Source of the DNA: an uncultured Dehalococcoidia bacterium
Lineage (GTDB): Bacteria > Chloroflexota > Dehalococcoidia > Lucifugimonadales > UBA1127
Assembly: GCA_913049785.1 (NCBI GenBank)
Contig: CAJWXP010000007.1
Coordinates: 7,078 to 71,077, forward strand
Length of the DNA stretch: 64,000 nt
Reading direction: 5' to 3'
The position numbers and the translations under genes were made by a program. Below, piece by piece: positions 38,409 to 47,207 of this stretch. How positions within the stretch are numbered: the first letter of the stretch is position 1; every line of letters begins with the position of its first letter. The notes beneath the pieces were generated by a model. It saw only the letters and a program-made list of their open reading frames with translations. It searched no databases and was not told the DNA's origin.

Positions 38409-39701
38409 TTATACTTTGATGCCTGCATCTTCACCGGCATATGCGCCATACAACCGCCAATCCGCGTCGCCGGGGATGATCTCCTCATGTGAACGGACTT
38501 TCACTACGATGGAGGGGTCAGGCATCGGTGGGTCAATGCCCTCCATGAGGTCGCGGGCTGCTTTGAGCAATACCTTTCGGTTGTGAATGACGGCCTGGTC
38601 CGTCGTGCCGAGGTGCTCCTCGGTTCGGTCGGCAATAATTCCCATGCTGTCCTGGACTGCCATGTCCTGGGCCTGCACACCGGTGACTCCTGAGTAGCTC
38701 ACTGTCCTTTGGGCTTCCCGGTCCAAGAGGTAGTCGTTCCAAGGGCCGCGAAGGGGTTTGCCGTTTTCGTCCAGCTCTCCACGTTGGCTGGTTCGAGTCT
38801 CACGTTCTTCCGTTGTGTAAGGTCGGTCCAGTTTGCCGGAGAAGTTCCAGCGCCAGTGGTTCTCGTCATCTAAGGGAACAAAGAGCGAAAACCCAATGTC
38901 CTGGTCCGGGAGTCGCGAGACCATGTTAAAGATAGGAAACACGTTAGTGGTGATGCGCAAGTGCTGGTGTCCATTGGCGGTTATTCGGATCCCCGCATAT
39001 CGCCAACCGTAAGGTGTCTCTTGCAGCTCCAGGCTTGGCGTGCGGGAAGTCCCCCGTATCTTTGTGGACATCTTGGCGGAGGGGAAGCCCGGCACGTCCG
39101 TGCCGTCATCAAAGTCAGTCATCTTCAGGTCTGCCAGGTTCCGGTGCAGGTAGCTGATGTGGGAGCTATCGATGTTGCCCTCAATGGCTTGCATATAGTT
39201 GCAATACGCTCTGGTCCTGCCCGCGAAGATATGGTTGTCAGCGAGGGTAAACATCTCAAAGTTCCAGAAGGGCGGTTGCTTTTCTCGTGGACCCATGTAC
39301 GCGAAAACCGCGCCGCCGCGCTCAACCGTGGGGTATGCGGTAATCTTCACCTTGTCCTTAAAGTTGCTTTCTGCGGGCTCCGAAGGCATGTCGACGCAAT
39401 CGCCATTCACGTCAAACTTCCAACCGTGGTACACGCAGCGCAGTCCGCACTCCTCGTTCCGGCCGAAGAACAGGCTGGCGCGACGATGGGGACAGTTGTT
39501 GTCCAGCAGCCCAACATTCCCGTTAGTGTCCCGAAATGCGACCATCTCTTCGCCTAACAACTTCACCCGTACCGGCGGGCTATCAGGTTCAGGGATCTCA
39601 TCAGAGAGGAGCGCTGGAATCCAGTACCGCCTAAACAGGTTTCCCATAGGTGTTCCAGGGCCTACCCTGCAGAGCAGTTCGTTGTCTTCATGTGTCAGCA
39701 T
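38409..39701 (-). CDS. Rieske oxygenase alpha-only type (R8)
   Basis: Trimmed to ATG 39701 (MLTHEDNELLCRVGPGTPMG), with ggggaggga SD. It has the same Rieske motif and EGNIDSSHISYLH. 430 aa. Confidence 0.9.
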   Translation of the reverse strand: MLTHEDNELLCRVGPGTPMGNLFRRYWIPALLSDEIPEPDSPPVRVKLLGEEMVAFRDTNGNVGLLDNNCPHRRASLFFGRNEECGLRCVYHGWKFDVNGDCVDMPSEPAESNFKDKVKITAYPTVERGGAVFAYMGPREKQPPFWNFEMFTLADNHIFAGRTRAYCNYMQAIEGNIDSSHISYLHRNLADLKMTDFDDGTDVPGFPSAKMSTKIRGTSRTPSLELQETPYGWRYAGIRITANGHQHLRITTNVFPIFNMVSRLPDQDIGFSLFVPLDDENHWRWNFSGKLDRPYTTEERETRTSQRGELDENGKPLRGPWNDYLLDREAQRTVSYSGVTGVQAQDMAVQDSMGIIADRTEEHLGTTDQAVIHNRKVLLKAARDLMEGIDPPMPDPSIVVKVRSHEEIIPGDADWRLYGAYAGEDAGIKV

Positions 39702-40057
39702 GACTCCCTCCCCAAACAAAAGTGCGTTATCCGCAACAAAGCTTCTTGCAAAGTAATCTGAGATATGGGCATTGTCAATGCGCGTGGACACGATCATAAG
39801 AAAAAAATATCTGGTGTTTCCAATCTATCAATATTCATGATGATTCAGAGGGGGATCCAATCGCCGCGCCTAAAGTAGATTGGACGAGCATTAGCAACTC
39901 ATGGGGGTAGCTGTTGACATAGTGACGATTAATCAAACCCTGGCTAAGGTGACGACGGGTACGCGATTGCACCATTGACGATTATGCTTGAATCCAAGTA
40001 CAAAAATCTCTAAGCCATACGGACCGACTTAAGAATCGTTGGGATTCTTCCTTATAG

Positions 40058-41596
40058 TCAATCCGGCATTAAGTCCCCGGACGCTTTGGCCCGAATTCTT
40101 GTCACATTGCTGGGCAGATATGTAAGAGGAACCTCGTCTATCTCTATTAGATCGACCGTATTGGGATCTGCGCCCGCGGCCACGGCCTTAGCAATCGCCT
40201 CGTTTCGGGCAGAGTCACGGGCCTCTTGACGACCCATTCGATCGAGAGAAAACACCCTTTCAACCTGCCCGCCCACTTGAGCTATCGCAGAGCCAACGGC
40301 GTTAGCGACAGCTGCATTTTCAGGCCGTATGACCTCCGTCGCTCCCTCCAAAACATCACCGATGAGGATGTTTCCTCCACCTACCAGCACCACTGGGACG
40401 TCGTCAGCATTGAACTTTACCTGGTCAATAGAGTCTTCTACTTTCTGGCGTATTTTTGTCAACGCTTGATTTGCCAGCCTGGGCTCTATCCCCAGGACCA
40501 AATGGGGGCTTCCTACGTCGGAAAGGCCTCCTGCAACACTCACGTCAGTCGTGGTCAAAATTGTGCCACCGAAAACTAACGCTTCGTCCATCAATCGGTA
40601 ACCCACACTCTCGGGGCCTATGGTGAGAGGCTCTTGAGTAATGATGCTCCCGCCCCCCAAGGCTATGGAGAGTACATCGGGCATGCGAAAATTTGTCCGC
40701 ACACCACCGATACTGACGGCCACCGATGCCTCCCGCGGGTACCCGTTTACCAATACTCCGACATCGGTTGAGGTACCTCCTATGTCAACTACGATGCCAT
40801 TGGTCACTCCAGAGAGGAACGCTGCCCCTCGCATGCTATTTGTAGCGCCGGAGGAGATAGTGAACACTGGATATCGGGAGGCATACTCAGCGCCCATTAG
40901 TGTCCCATCGTTCTGGGTTATGAATAGCGGACATTCCAGCCCCAAAGACTTCAGAGCTTCTTGAACACCCCCCAACGTGTTGGCCGCCAGGCCAGCTAGG
41001 CAGGCGTTGAGTGTTGCGGCGTTCTCCCGCTCCAGGAGGCCAATGCGCCCGATCTCATGGGACAGGGTCACCTGGATATGGGGCGCCTCATCCTTGATGA
41101 TTTCGGCTGCTGCTTCCTCATGGGAGGAGTCTACTGAGGAGAACACACCACACACGGACGCCGCTTGGACCCCTTTTTGACGCATGTCCCTGGCTGCCGC
41201 CTGAACCGCTGCTCGGTCCAATGCAGAAATCTCGCGACCGTCGAACTCGTGGCCTCCGTGCACCAGATAGACGAAGCCTCCGATAGCATTTCGGAGCGAA
41301 TCGGGCCACTCCACCAGGGGAGGTAAGAGCTGGGTTGCAGGAAGGGCCAAACGGAGGACAGCCGTTGGCGCCAGACCCTTACCCTCCAGCAGGGCGTTGG
41401 TGAAATGCGTCGTGCCCAGCATCACACCCTGCAGCCGGATATCATTAGGGCCCTGGCTCAGGACCTGCTCAACAGCTTGCAGGATTCCGGAGGTCACGTC
41501 GGCAGTAGTCGGGCATTTGGCCTGAGCTTCGATGGAGGTACCATTCAACAGCACTGCATCAGTGTTCGTTCCGCCAACGTCTATCCCAATACGCAA
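40058..41596 (-). CDS. Hydantoinase/oxoprolinase family protein (HyuA-like)
   Basis: 512 aa. It has the ASKHA-type start MRIGIDVGGTNTDAVLL and a second phosphate motif VVDIGGTSTDVG. Confidence 0.8.
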   Translation of the reverse strand: MRIGIDVGGTNTDAVLLNGTSIEAQAKCPTTADVTSGILQAVEQVLSQGPNDIRLQGVMLGTTHFTNALLEGKGLAPTAVLRLALPATQLLPPLVEWPDSLRNAIGGFVYLVHGGHEFDGREISALDRAAVQAAARDMRQKGVQAASVCGVFSSVDSSHEEAAAEIIKDEAPHIQVTLSHEIGRIGLLERENAATLNACLAGLAANTLGGVQEALKSLGLECPLFITQNDGTLMGAEYASRYPVFTISSGATNSMRGAAFLSGVTNGIVVDIGGTSTDVGVLVNGYPREASVAVSIGGVRTNFRMPDVLSIALGGGSIITQEPLTIGPESVGYRLMDEALVFGGTILTTTDVSVAGGLSDVGSPHLVLGIEPRLANQALTKIRQKVEDSIDQVKFNADDVPVVLVGGGNILIGDVLEGATEVIRPENAAVANAVGSAIAQVGGQVERVFSLDRMGRQEARDSARNEAIAKAVAAGADPNTVDLIEIDEVPLTYLPSNVTRIRAKASGDLMPD

Positions 41597-41608
41597 ATTA
41601 TCCTCCAG

Positions 41609-42679
41609 CTAGAGGTTGAGCGGAGTGTAGTCAGTGTCGTAGCCGAAGGCCCGCGGACCTACAACGGCCAGACCCTCAGGCGTAGTCCACAACGCTGGGG
41701 CGGGGAAACCCAGGACAGTGACGCGGAATCCATACCTGAGGAGTTCGGTGGTAATCGGCTCGCCCTGGTCACTATCCACCAGACAGATAAGGTCGGGCAC
41801 GGTACAAACGATTGCGTCGCCCTGGCGTGCGATAAGGTTCTCGTTTTGGAACTCTATATCCATACGCTGGCCGTGGTAATGGCCCAAACCATCGATGGTC
41901 ATGCTTCCCCGCGCGAATCCGGCCGTCGTCGCGCGGTCCAGGTCCACGATCTTGCCCTGCATCAGCACGATCCCAGGACAGGTCGCCAAGATGGCGTCCA
42001 CAGGGTCCTCCTGGTGTTGACGGGCTTCCCTGACTGCGGCTCCCAGGTCCCTGGCTAAAGACAGCGTTCTAGGAATGGCCGTGCGGACTACTTGCTCAGC
42101 TGACATAGGCGCCACCGCGTATACAGCCACGCAGCCCATCTGTATCGTTACGGCCCTTGCGATCCGCTCAACCCACTCCGGGCTGACTGCTTCGGGAATG
42201 ATGACGGTATTTCCTTTCTCGTCACACAAGGCCATCGGTACATAGGGGACACCGTACACAAAGAAGGTCTTCATGTGATATTCAGGAAAGGCCCGCCCCA
42301 TGCCATCGCCATCCACTACAGGGAGGCCAGCCATGGCAGCGGGGATCAACTCCTCTACAGAGTTGCTGCCACCAATTTCGTTTGATATCAATGCGGTGGC
42401 CGTGATACCCGTGTACTTCTCAATGGCACGGAAGGCAGAGTACGACTGAGTGTCGCGCACTTTTTCAATGCCGACGGTAGGAGCGCCTATCCCACCCACA
42501 CACACGATCTGCGCGTCCGAGCTCAACTCCTCAGGGTCCAGGACGGTGACAGGCCCATGCTGCCTTAAGACTTGGCGGGCTCTGAGACGACCGATATATG
42601 GATTTCCTCCACCGCCGGTTCCGAGGATCCCAGCACCGATTGTTATTGATTCAAGGATATCCTCATCAACTTCCCACAT
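41609..42679 (-). CDS. DUF917 family protein
   Basis: 356 aa. GAGILGTGGGGNPYIGRL near the N-terminus. It lies 12 bp upstream of the hydantoinase gene, a common pairing for this family. Confidence 0.7.
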   Translation of the reverse strand: MWEVDEDILESITIGAGILGTGGGGNPYIGRLRARQVLRQHGPVTVLDPEELSSDAQIVCVGGIGAPTVGIEKVRDTQSYSAFRAIEKYTGITATALISNEIGGSNSVEELIPAAMAGLPVVDGDGMGRAFPEYHMKTFFVYGVPYVPMALCDEKGNTVIIPEAVSPEWVERIARAVTIQMGCVAVYAVAPMSAEQVVRTAIPRTLSLARDLGAAVREARQHQEDPVDAILATCPGIVLMQGKIVDLDRATTAGFARGSMTIDGLGHYHGQRMDIEFQNENLIARQGDAIVCTVPDLICLVDSDQGEPITTELLRYGFRVTVLGFPAPALWTTPEGLAVVGPRAFGYDTDYTPLNL

Positions 42680-42774
42680 AGCTCTCCTAGCAACGCCAAC
42701 TTTTCGCCAGTCTCGTTTGAGGCAAGATTAATACCTGACCAACATCGGTTCGCTTGGCGATGCCATAAATATCC

Positions 42775-43314
42775 GTGATGCCGTCGCAATTGTATCCCGC
42801 AAATCAGAAGCCGCAAGGGTTCGAATCTAGCCGCCTAACGACGCGCTGCTGGTGGAGACGGGGGGAGGCCCTCTTGGAGTACTTGGGCAGTTCAGCGGCC
42901 CAACCAAAGTGCGGGGTACATCTGCTGGCAGCTAGCATCAAGGAGATGCAGGCGAAGCGGACAGAGTTACATCGCGTGGAGCGACGGTTGGCCACCTTAG
43001 AAACGGACTTTCAGAAGAAACTTGAGTTGCTAAAACGCAGCATGCTGGACGAAGCTGAACTCGTGGCTGCCAACCAGCAACGTAAGGATGAGCGAGAGAC
43101 ACTTGAAGAGAAGCAGGCTGAACTCGCGGGGTGGCTTGAGACTCAGGATCAAGTACCGGAGACCGCGGGTGCACTGAGCGCCAAAATCAGTTCGTTCGTC
43201 GAGGACTTCGGGAAGCTGGAAACTCAGCGAGCCAAGGCCCTGCTCCAGCCAATCTTGCAGGCGGTGCATGTGTACCTTGAAGGGCGTCTGGAAATTGAGT
43301 TCCGCGGGAAGTAG
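42775..43314 (+). pseudogene. C-terminal relic of a large serine recombinase
   Basis: Only the coiled-coil and tail are present (DFQKKLELLKRSMLDEAELVAANQQRKDERETLEEKQAEL ... QRAKALLQPILQAVHVYLEGRLEIEFR), which resembles the C-terminal end of large serine recombinases. No resolvase catalytic domain lies upstream; DUF917 starts at 42679 on the other strand. Confidence 0.45.
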
Positions 43315-43332
43315 GCCCTAACCCCATCCCAC

Positions 43333-43364
43333 AATAAGCCCCTCCGTAAACGGAGGGGCTTATT
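43333..43364. terminator. Bidirectional hairpin between the recombinase relic and the RidA genes
   Basis: AATAAGCCCCTCCG-taaa-CGGAGGGGCTTATT, a perfect 14-bp stem. Confidence 0.55.
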
Positions 43365-43442
43365 ACCTAGTAAGGGGGGTACCAAACTAGCTGTTTAATG
43401 GAGTCTTGAGTGATGCTGGTGCGTCACCACACCGCTCCCTAG

Positions 43443-44195
43443 TTACATGAGGCCCAGGATTTCAACTCTGGGGAATCCACCGCCCCCCAGATCGGTCTCC
43501 AGGATGTTTAGCACCGGTGCATCCTTTCCAGTGCCCACGAGCCTTTTAAACTCTTTTTCTACTATGGCTTCGAATTTCGCGTCGCCAATGAAGGCAGTTA
43601 CCTGCGTCAGGTTGCTGTACTGCGCCCCAGCGTCCTTAAGAACGGCGCCAACGCTCTCAAACACACTTGCCGTCTGTTGGCCAACATCCTCGCCACGCTG
43701 CCCAGCAAATATCCGGGAGCTGGTGATCAGATTGCCCGTCAAAGCCCCCATGGACATTGGGTCTTGGTGCACCAGGCCCTCTACCTCTAGCACTTTGCGG
43801 TTCGGCGCGTCGGCTAAAGCCATGACCTGAGCACTGACCAAAAGCCCCTCTGGCAAAGAGGTAGGAACGTACTTGTGGGGTGGCCTATCGTTTGGGTTGG
43901 GGAACCACTTCTCCCACGGAGGGTTCAATTTCTTTCGATCCGTCAGATCGGTCATGAAGAAGGTTACCCGCGTCAGATTGTCATGCCCAAGTCCAGCCGA
44001 CTTCAGAAAAGCATCAATCGCGTCGAATGTTGCCGCGATCTGACCGTCCAGATCCTTCCCTTTGATGGCTCCCGTACAGGGGTCTACGGGCGCCAGATTA
44101 GGTGCAAACACAAAGGACCCCAGCCGAACACCTACAGGCTTGGAGTTCTTCTCCAGACAGAGATACAGCTCTTCAAACATTTCACCAGTTGCCAT
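43443..44195 (-). CDS. Double-domain RidA/YjgF/L-PSP family protein (copy 3 in transcription order)
   Basis: 250 aa, made of two about 125-aa RidA-like halves (..QIAATFDAIDAFLKSAGLGHDNLTRVTFFMTD.. and ..QTASVFESVGAVLKDAGAQYSNLTQVTAFIGD..). Confidence 0.7.
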   Translation of the reverse strand: MATGEMFEELYLCLEKNSKPVGVRLGSFVFAPNLAPVDPCTGAIKGKDLDGQIAATFDAIDAFLKSAGLGHDNLTRVTFFMTDLTDRKKLNPPWEKWFPNPNDRPPHKYVPTSLPEGLLVSAQVMALADAPNRKVLEVEGLVHQDPMSMGALTGNLITSSRIFAGQRGEDVGQQTASVFESVGAVLKDAGAQYSNLTQVTAFIGDAKFEAIVEKEFKRLVGTGKDAPVLNILETDLGGGGFPRVEILGLM

Positions 44196-44226
44196 GATCT
44201 TCCTCCAATCCCTAGTAAGCAGCGCT

Positions 44227-44985
44227 TTAAAGGGCTGCCATCATTTCAATGGAAATCTGCATAGAGTTTGAGACTACGTTCACCATTTGGTGGCACACCG
44301 GGCGCTTCGCCGGGTCAGGGAACCGCTCTTCAAAGACTTTACGTGCAACTTCTTTATAAGAGTCATCCCGCCCGAACATATTGACCTGAACGATGTTGTC
44401 CTCTGTTCCTCCGGCGAGTTTTACTAGGGTTGCGAAGTTCTCAAAGGTCTGTCGTGTCTCTGCTTCGAGGCCGCCTTCCACGATTTTCCCAGTAGTCTGG
44501 TCGTTGCCGTGACATCGGGAGGTAAAGAACCAGTTCCCCATCTTCACAGCGGGGTCCCTGGCGGTGATGTTGGGGATATCGATCCGCGTCCGTTTGCCGC
44601 CGATAATCCCCACAGCATCCAGGTGGACCAGGTGGCCAGCCGGAAGTTCTGCCAGCAATGCCTTCAGCCCAGGCCGGTCTGCTTTGTCCGGGTACAGAGC
44701 CTCCCACGGTTCGTAGATGGGCTCCCGGTCTGCCATCGTCGTGACATATGCGGAGCAACGGACGACATTGTCCATGCTGCCGCCGGCCCGTTCCATCAAC
44801 CGCTGCAGGTGCTCAAGGATCTTGCTCATCTGGGCTACCAGGTCACCTGCGGGCTCTCCTGTGACGGAATCGATTCCAGCAAGTCCGTTAGCAAAGACCA
44901 TATCGTTGATGCGGATTCCTACGGGTATCGTTGCCTGCGGCTGGGCAGGATAGACCTCAAAGAACTGCTTGATATCAGCGGCCAT
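44227..44985 (-). CDS. Double-domain RidA/YjgF/L-PSP family protein (copy 2)
   Basis: 252 aa, with the same two-half architecture (QMSKILEHLQRLMERAGGSMDNVVRCSAYVT; ETRQTFENFATLVKLAGGTEDNIVQVNMF). Confidence 0.7.
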   Translation of the reverse strand: MAADIKQFFEVYPAQPQATIPVGIRINDMVFANGLAGIDSVTGEPAGDLVAQMSKILEHLQRLMERAGGSMDNVVRCSAYVTTMADREPIYEPWEALYPDKADRPGLKALLAELPAGHLVHLDAVGIIGGKRTRIDIPNITARDPAVKMGNWFFTSRCHGNDQTTGKIVEGGLEAETRQTFENFATLVKLAGGTEDNIVQVNMFGRDDSYKEVARKVFEERFPDPAKRPVCHQMVNVVSNSMQISIEMMAAL

Positions 44986-45007
44986 GTGCGCTCCCCTTTC
45001 GATCTGT

Positions 45008-45766
45008 CTAGTTGTCCTCAGAAGCGATGATTTCCAGCATTACCTGAAGCGCACCACCTCCGTACTTGAGGGGGTGCAGTACCGGGCGAGTGGAAGCGTC
45101 TGGGAAGAGCTTTTCCCACCGCCCGGTAATGAGTGGCAAGTTTGCGAGATCAGCAACGAAAGCGCGTCCCTGTTTGACGTTTGACCAGGACATGCCGCCG
45201 GTCTTCAGCAACGCTTCAACGTTGTTAAACAGGTGCTCCGCCTGGGCTTCAACCCCCTCTGCGGGCTTTCCAGTTGCTGGGTCATAGGGCAGGACTCTTG
45301 AGGAAAAGAGGTAGGGGCCCATCTTCACACCCAGAGGAATGGGGTTGGTGTGGGCCACGCCTGGGATATTCAGAATCTGCCTGGGTTGGTTCAGTACCGC
45401 AAAGTAATCCATATAGACCAACTCGTCCCCGGGAAGGTCCGCTGTCAGGAACTTGTATGTTGGGCGATCGTTCTCATCCGGGAAGGCATCTACCCACGGC
45501 GGGTTCATTGCTTCTCGGTCACGGCCAAAGTCCTGAAAGTACATACTGACCTGGGCGATGTTTGCGGTTGTTCCGCCAACCCTCTCAATGGAAACCCTCA
45601 TGTTCTGGTGAGCATTCTTGAGTTGGGTTTCGATGTCTTTGCCCAGGACTCCGGTATTGGGATCCGTACCCACGATCCTAAACCCTCGCACCATGTCCCC
45701 AGACCTGAGGGCTACAGGCAGCGGACTGACCGACTGGTCTCCAAAGATTTCTATGAACGTTGGCAT
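45008..45766 (-). CDS. Double-domain RidA/YjgF/L-PSP family protein (copy 1)
   Basis: 252 aa, with the same architecture (QLKNAHQNMRVSIERVGGTTANIAQVSMYF; QAEHLFNNVEALLKTGGMSWSNVKQGRAFV). Confidence 0.7.
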   Translation of the reverse strand: MPTFIEIFGDQSVSPLPVALRSGDMVRGFRIVGTDPNTGVLGKDIETQLKNAHQNMRVSIERVGGTTANIAQVSMYFQDFGRDREAMNPPWVDAFPDENDRPTYKFLTADLPGDELVYMDYFAVLNQPRQILNIPGVAHTNPIPLGVKMGPYLFSSRVLPYDPATGKPAEGVEAQAEHLFNNVEALLKTGGMSWSNVKQGRAFVADLANLPLITGRWEKLFPDASTRPVLHPLKYGGGALQVMLEIIASEDN

Positions 45767-45895
45767 GGATTATTCCTCACTTATGGATAAACCGCATTCG
45801 GTATCAAGCCGGATAGATTTCCTTAGTGTGCAAGAGACTCCCCCAACCGAGAGAGTCTCCTGTATTCACTACGGTCCCCTTTGGATGGTCCCTGA

Positions 45896-47170
45896 TTAAA
45901 CGGTGGAGACCATGTGCTTCTCAGCTTCCGCTATCCAATCTGCGTCCGCGTCTATGGTGAAACCTGTAGAACGTACTTTGAACTTTTCCGGAGCGTGGGC
46001 CAGCTCTGGTTCGTTACCCTCCATGAGGTCTCTAGCAAGGCCCATCACCATTTTGCGGAAAAGTATGATCCCACGGTCAGATGTGCCCAGGTGCTCCTCC
46101 CAGCGGGGGGACATCCCACCCATGCTCTCCTGGATGGAACAGTCCTGTTCACCGATACCCTTGATGCCGGTGAACGTTCCAGTCTTCTGAACTGCCCGGT
46201 CGATCATGTAGTTGTTGTCTAGGTTGCGGATGGGACTCCAGGCGCTTGAAATGTTCAGATCCCACCGCGTGGCGTTTTTATCGACTTCACAGTGGATACC
46301 ATATCCCTCAAGGTTCTTGTCTCTTTCTTCTTGGGTCAGTGGTCGGGTGGCATTCCAAGTCATGGTGTATGCCCAACAGTGGGTGTCGTCGATGGGTATC
46401 CAGACGTGGCCGCCAATGTTGCGGTCAGGCTTATCGCTGCTGGGTATCATCATGAAGGAGGGCGCCATAACCGGCCGGATACGCCAGTAGTGCTTCCCAT
46501 CAGGCTGGACGCGCCTGCCTGCTTCAATAAAGCCGAAATCCCGTAATGCTATCTGCATTACAGGAGATTTGTCTGCTGTGCTAGGGGTGATGTTATCCAG
46601 GTCCGAATTGTGTAGGTAGGAAATATGGCTGGAGTCTATCCCACCTTCTGTGGCCTGAGCCCAATTATTTTCTTGAAGCCGCTTAGTCACCTGCACGTGG
46701 CTATCGGGCACTCTTGCCCACTCTAAATATGGGATTTCAGCAGGCTCCAACTCCTTTGGTCCCATATAAGCCCAAATACATGCCCCGGCTTCTTTGGTTG
46801 GATAGGACTGGATTTTTACTTTGTCCTTGAATTCATTTTCTGCTAGCTCGTTAGGCATGTCGACGCAGTTGCCGTTAACGTCGTACTTCCAACCATGATA
46901 GGTGCAGCGCAGGCCACACTCTTCATTCCTACCCCAGAACAACTTGGCGTGGCGGTGGGCGCAGTAGGCCGAGACCAATCCAACTTTCCCGTTGGTATCT
47001 CGAAACGCCAACAGATCTTCACCTAATATCTTTGTTGCCACCGGTGTGCAATCCGGCTCAGGCAACTCTTCCGAAATGAGTACAGGTATCCAAAAACGCC
47101 GGAAGAGTTCGCCCATTGGAGTTCCCGCATTAGTCTCGCACAGGATCTTAGTTTCTTCGTGGCTCAGCAT
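45896..47170 (-). CDS. Rieske oxygenase alpha-only type (R9, most divergent)
   Basis: 424 aa. CAHRHAKLFWGRNEECGLRCTYHGWKY and EGGIDSSHISYLH. SD gaaggaag. Confidence 0.88.
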   Translation of the reverse strand: MLSHEETKILCETNAGTPMGELFRRFWIPVLISEELPEPDCTPVATKILGEDLLAFRDTNGKVGLVSAYCAHRHAKLFWGRNEECGLRCTYHGWKYDVNGNCVDMPNELAENEFKDKVKIQSYPTKEAGACIWAYMGPKELEPAEIPYLEWARVPDSHVQVTKRLQENNWAQATEGGIDSSHISYLHNSDLDNITPSTADKSPVMQIALRDFGFIEAGRRVQPDGKHYWRIRPVMAPSFMMIPSSDKPDRNIGGHVWIPIDDTHCWAYTMTWNATRPLTQEERDKNLEGYGIHCEVDKNATRWDLNISSAWSPIRNLDNNYMIDRAVQKTGTFTGIKGIGEQDCSIQESMGGMSPRWEEHLGTSDRGIILFRKMVMGLARDLMEGNEPELAHAPEKFKVRSTGFTIDADADWIAEAEKHMVSTV

Positions 47171-47207
47171 ACTGCGTGCTTCCTTCTTTCTGCCCTAATC
47201 TATCTGG

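Noticed and set aside
41405-42058. Plus-strand ORF of 217 aa, and 44509..45030 (173 aa).
   Set aside because: They are antisense to the hydantoinase/DUF917 and RidA genes and have no supporting features.
42790-42840. A tRNA gene suggested by GGTTCGAATC.
   Set aside because: I could not fold a complete cloverleaf. There is no matching acceptor 5' strand, D-arm or anticodon arm within 90 nt upstream. I kept it only as a possible fragment in the findings.
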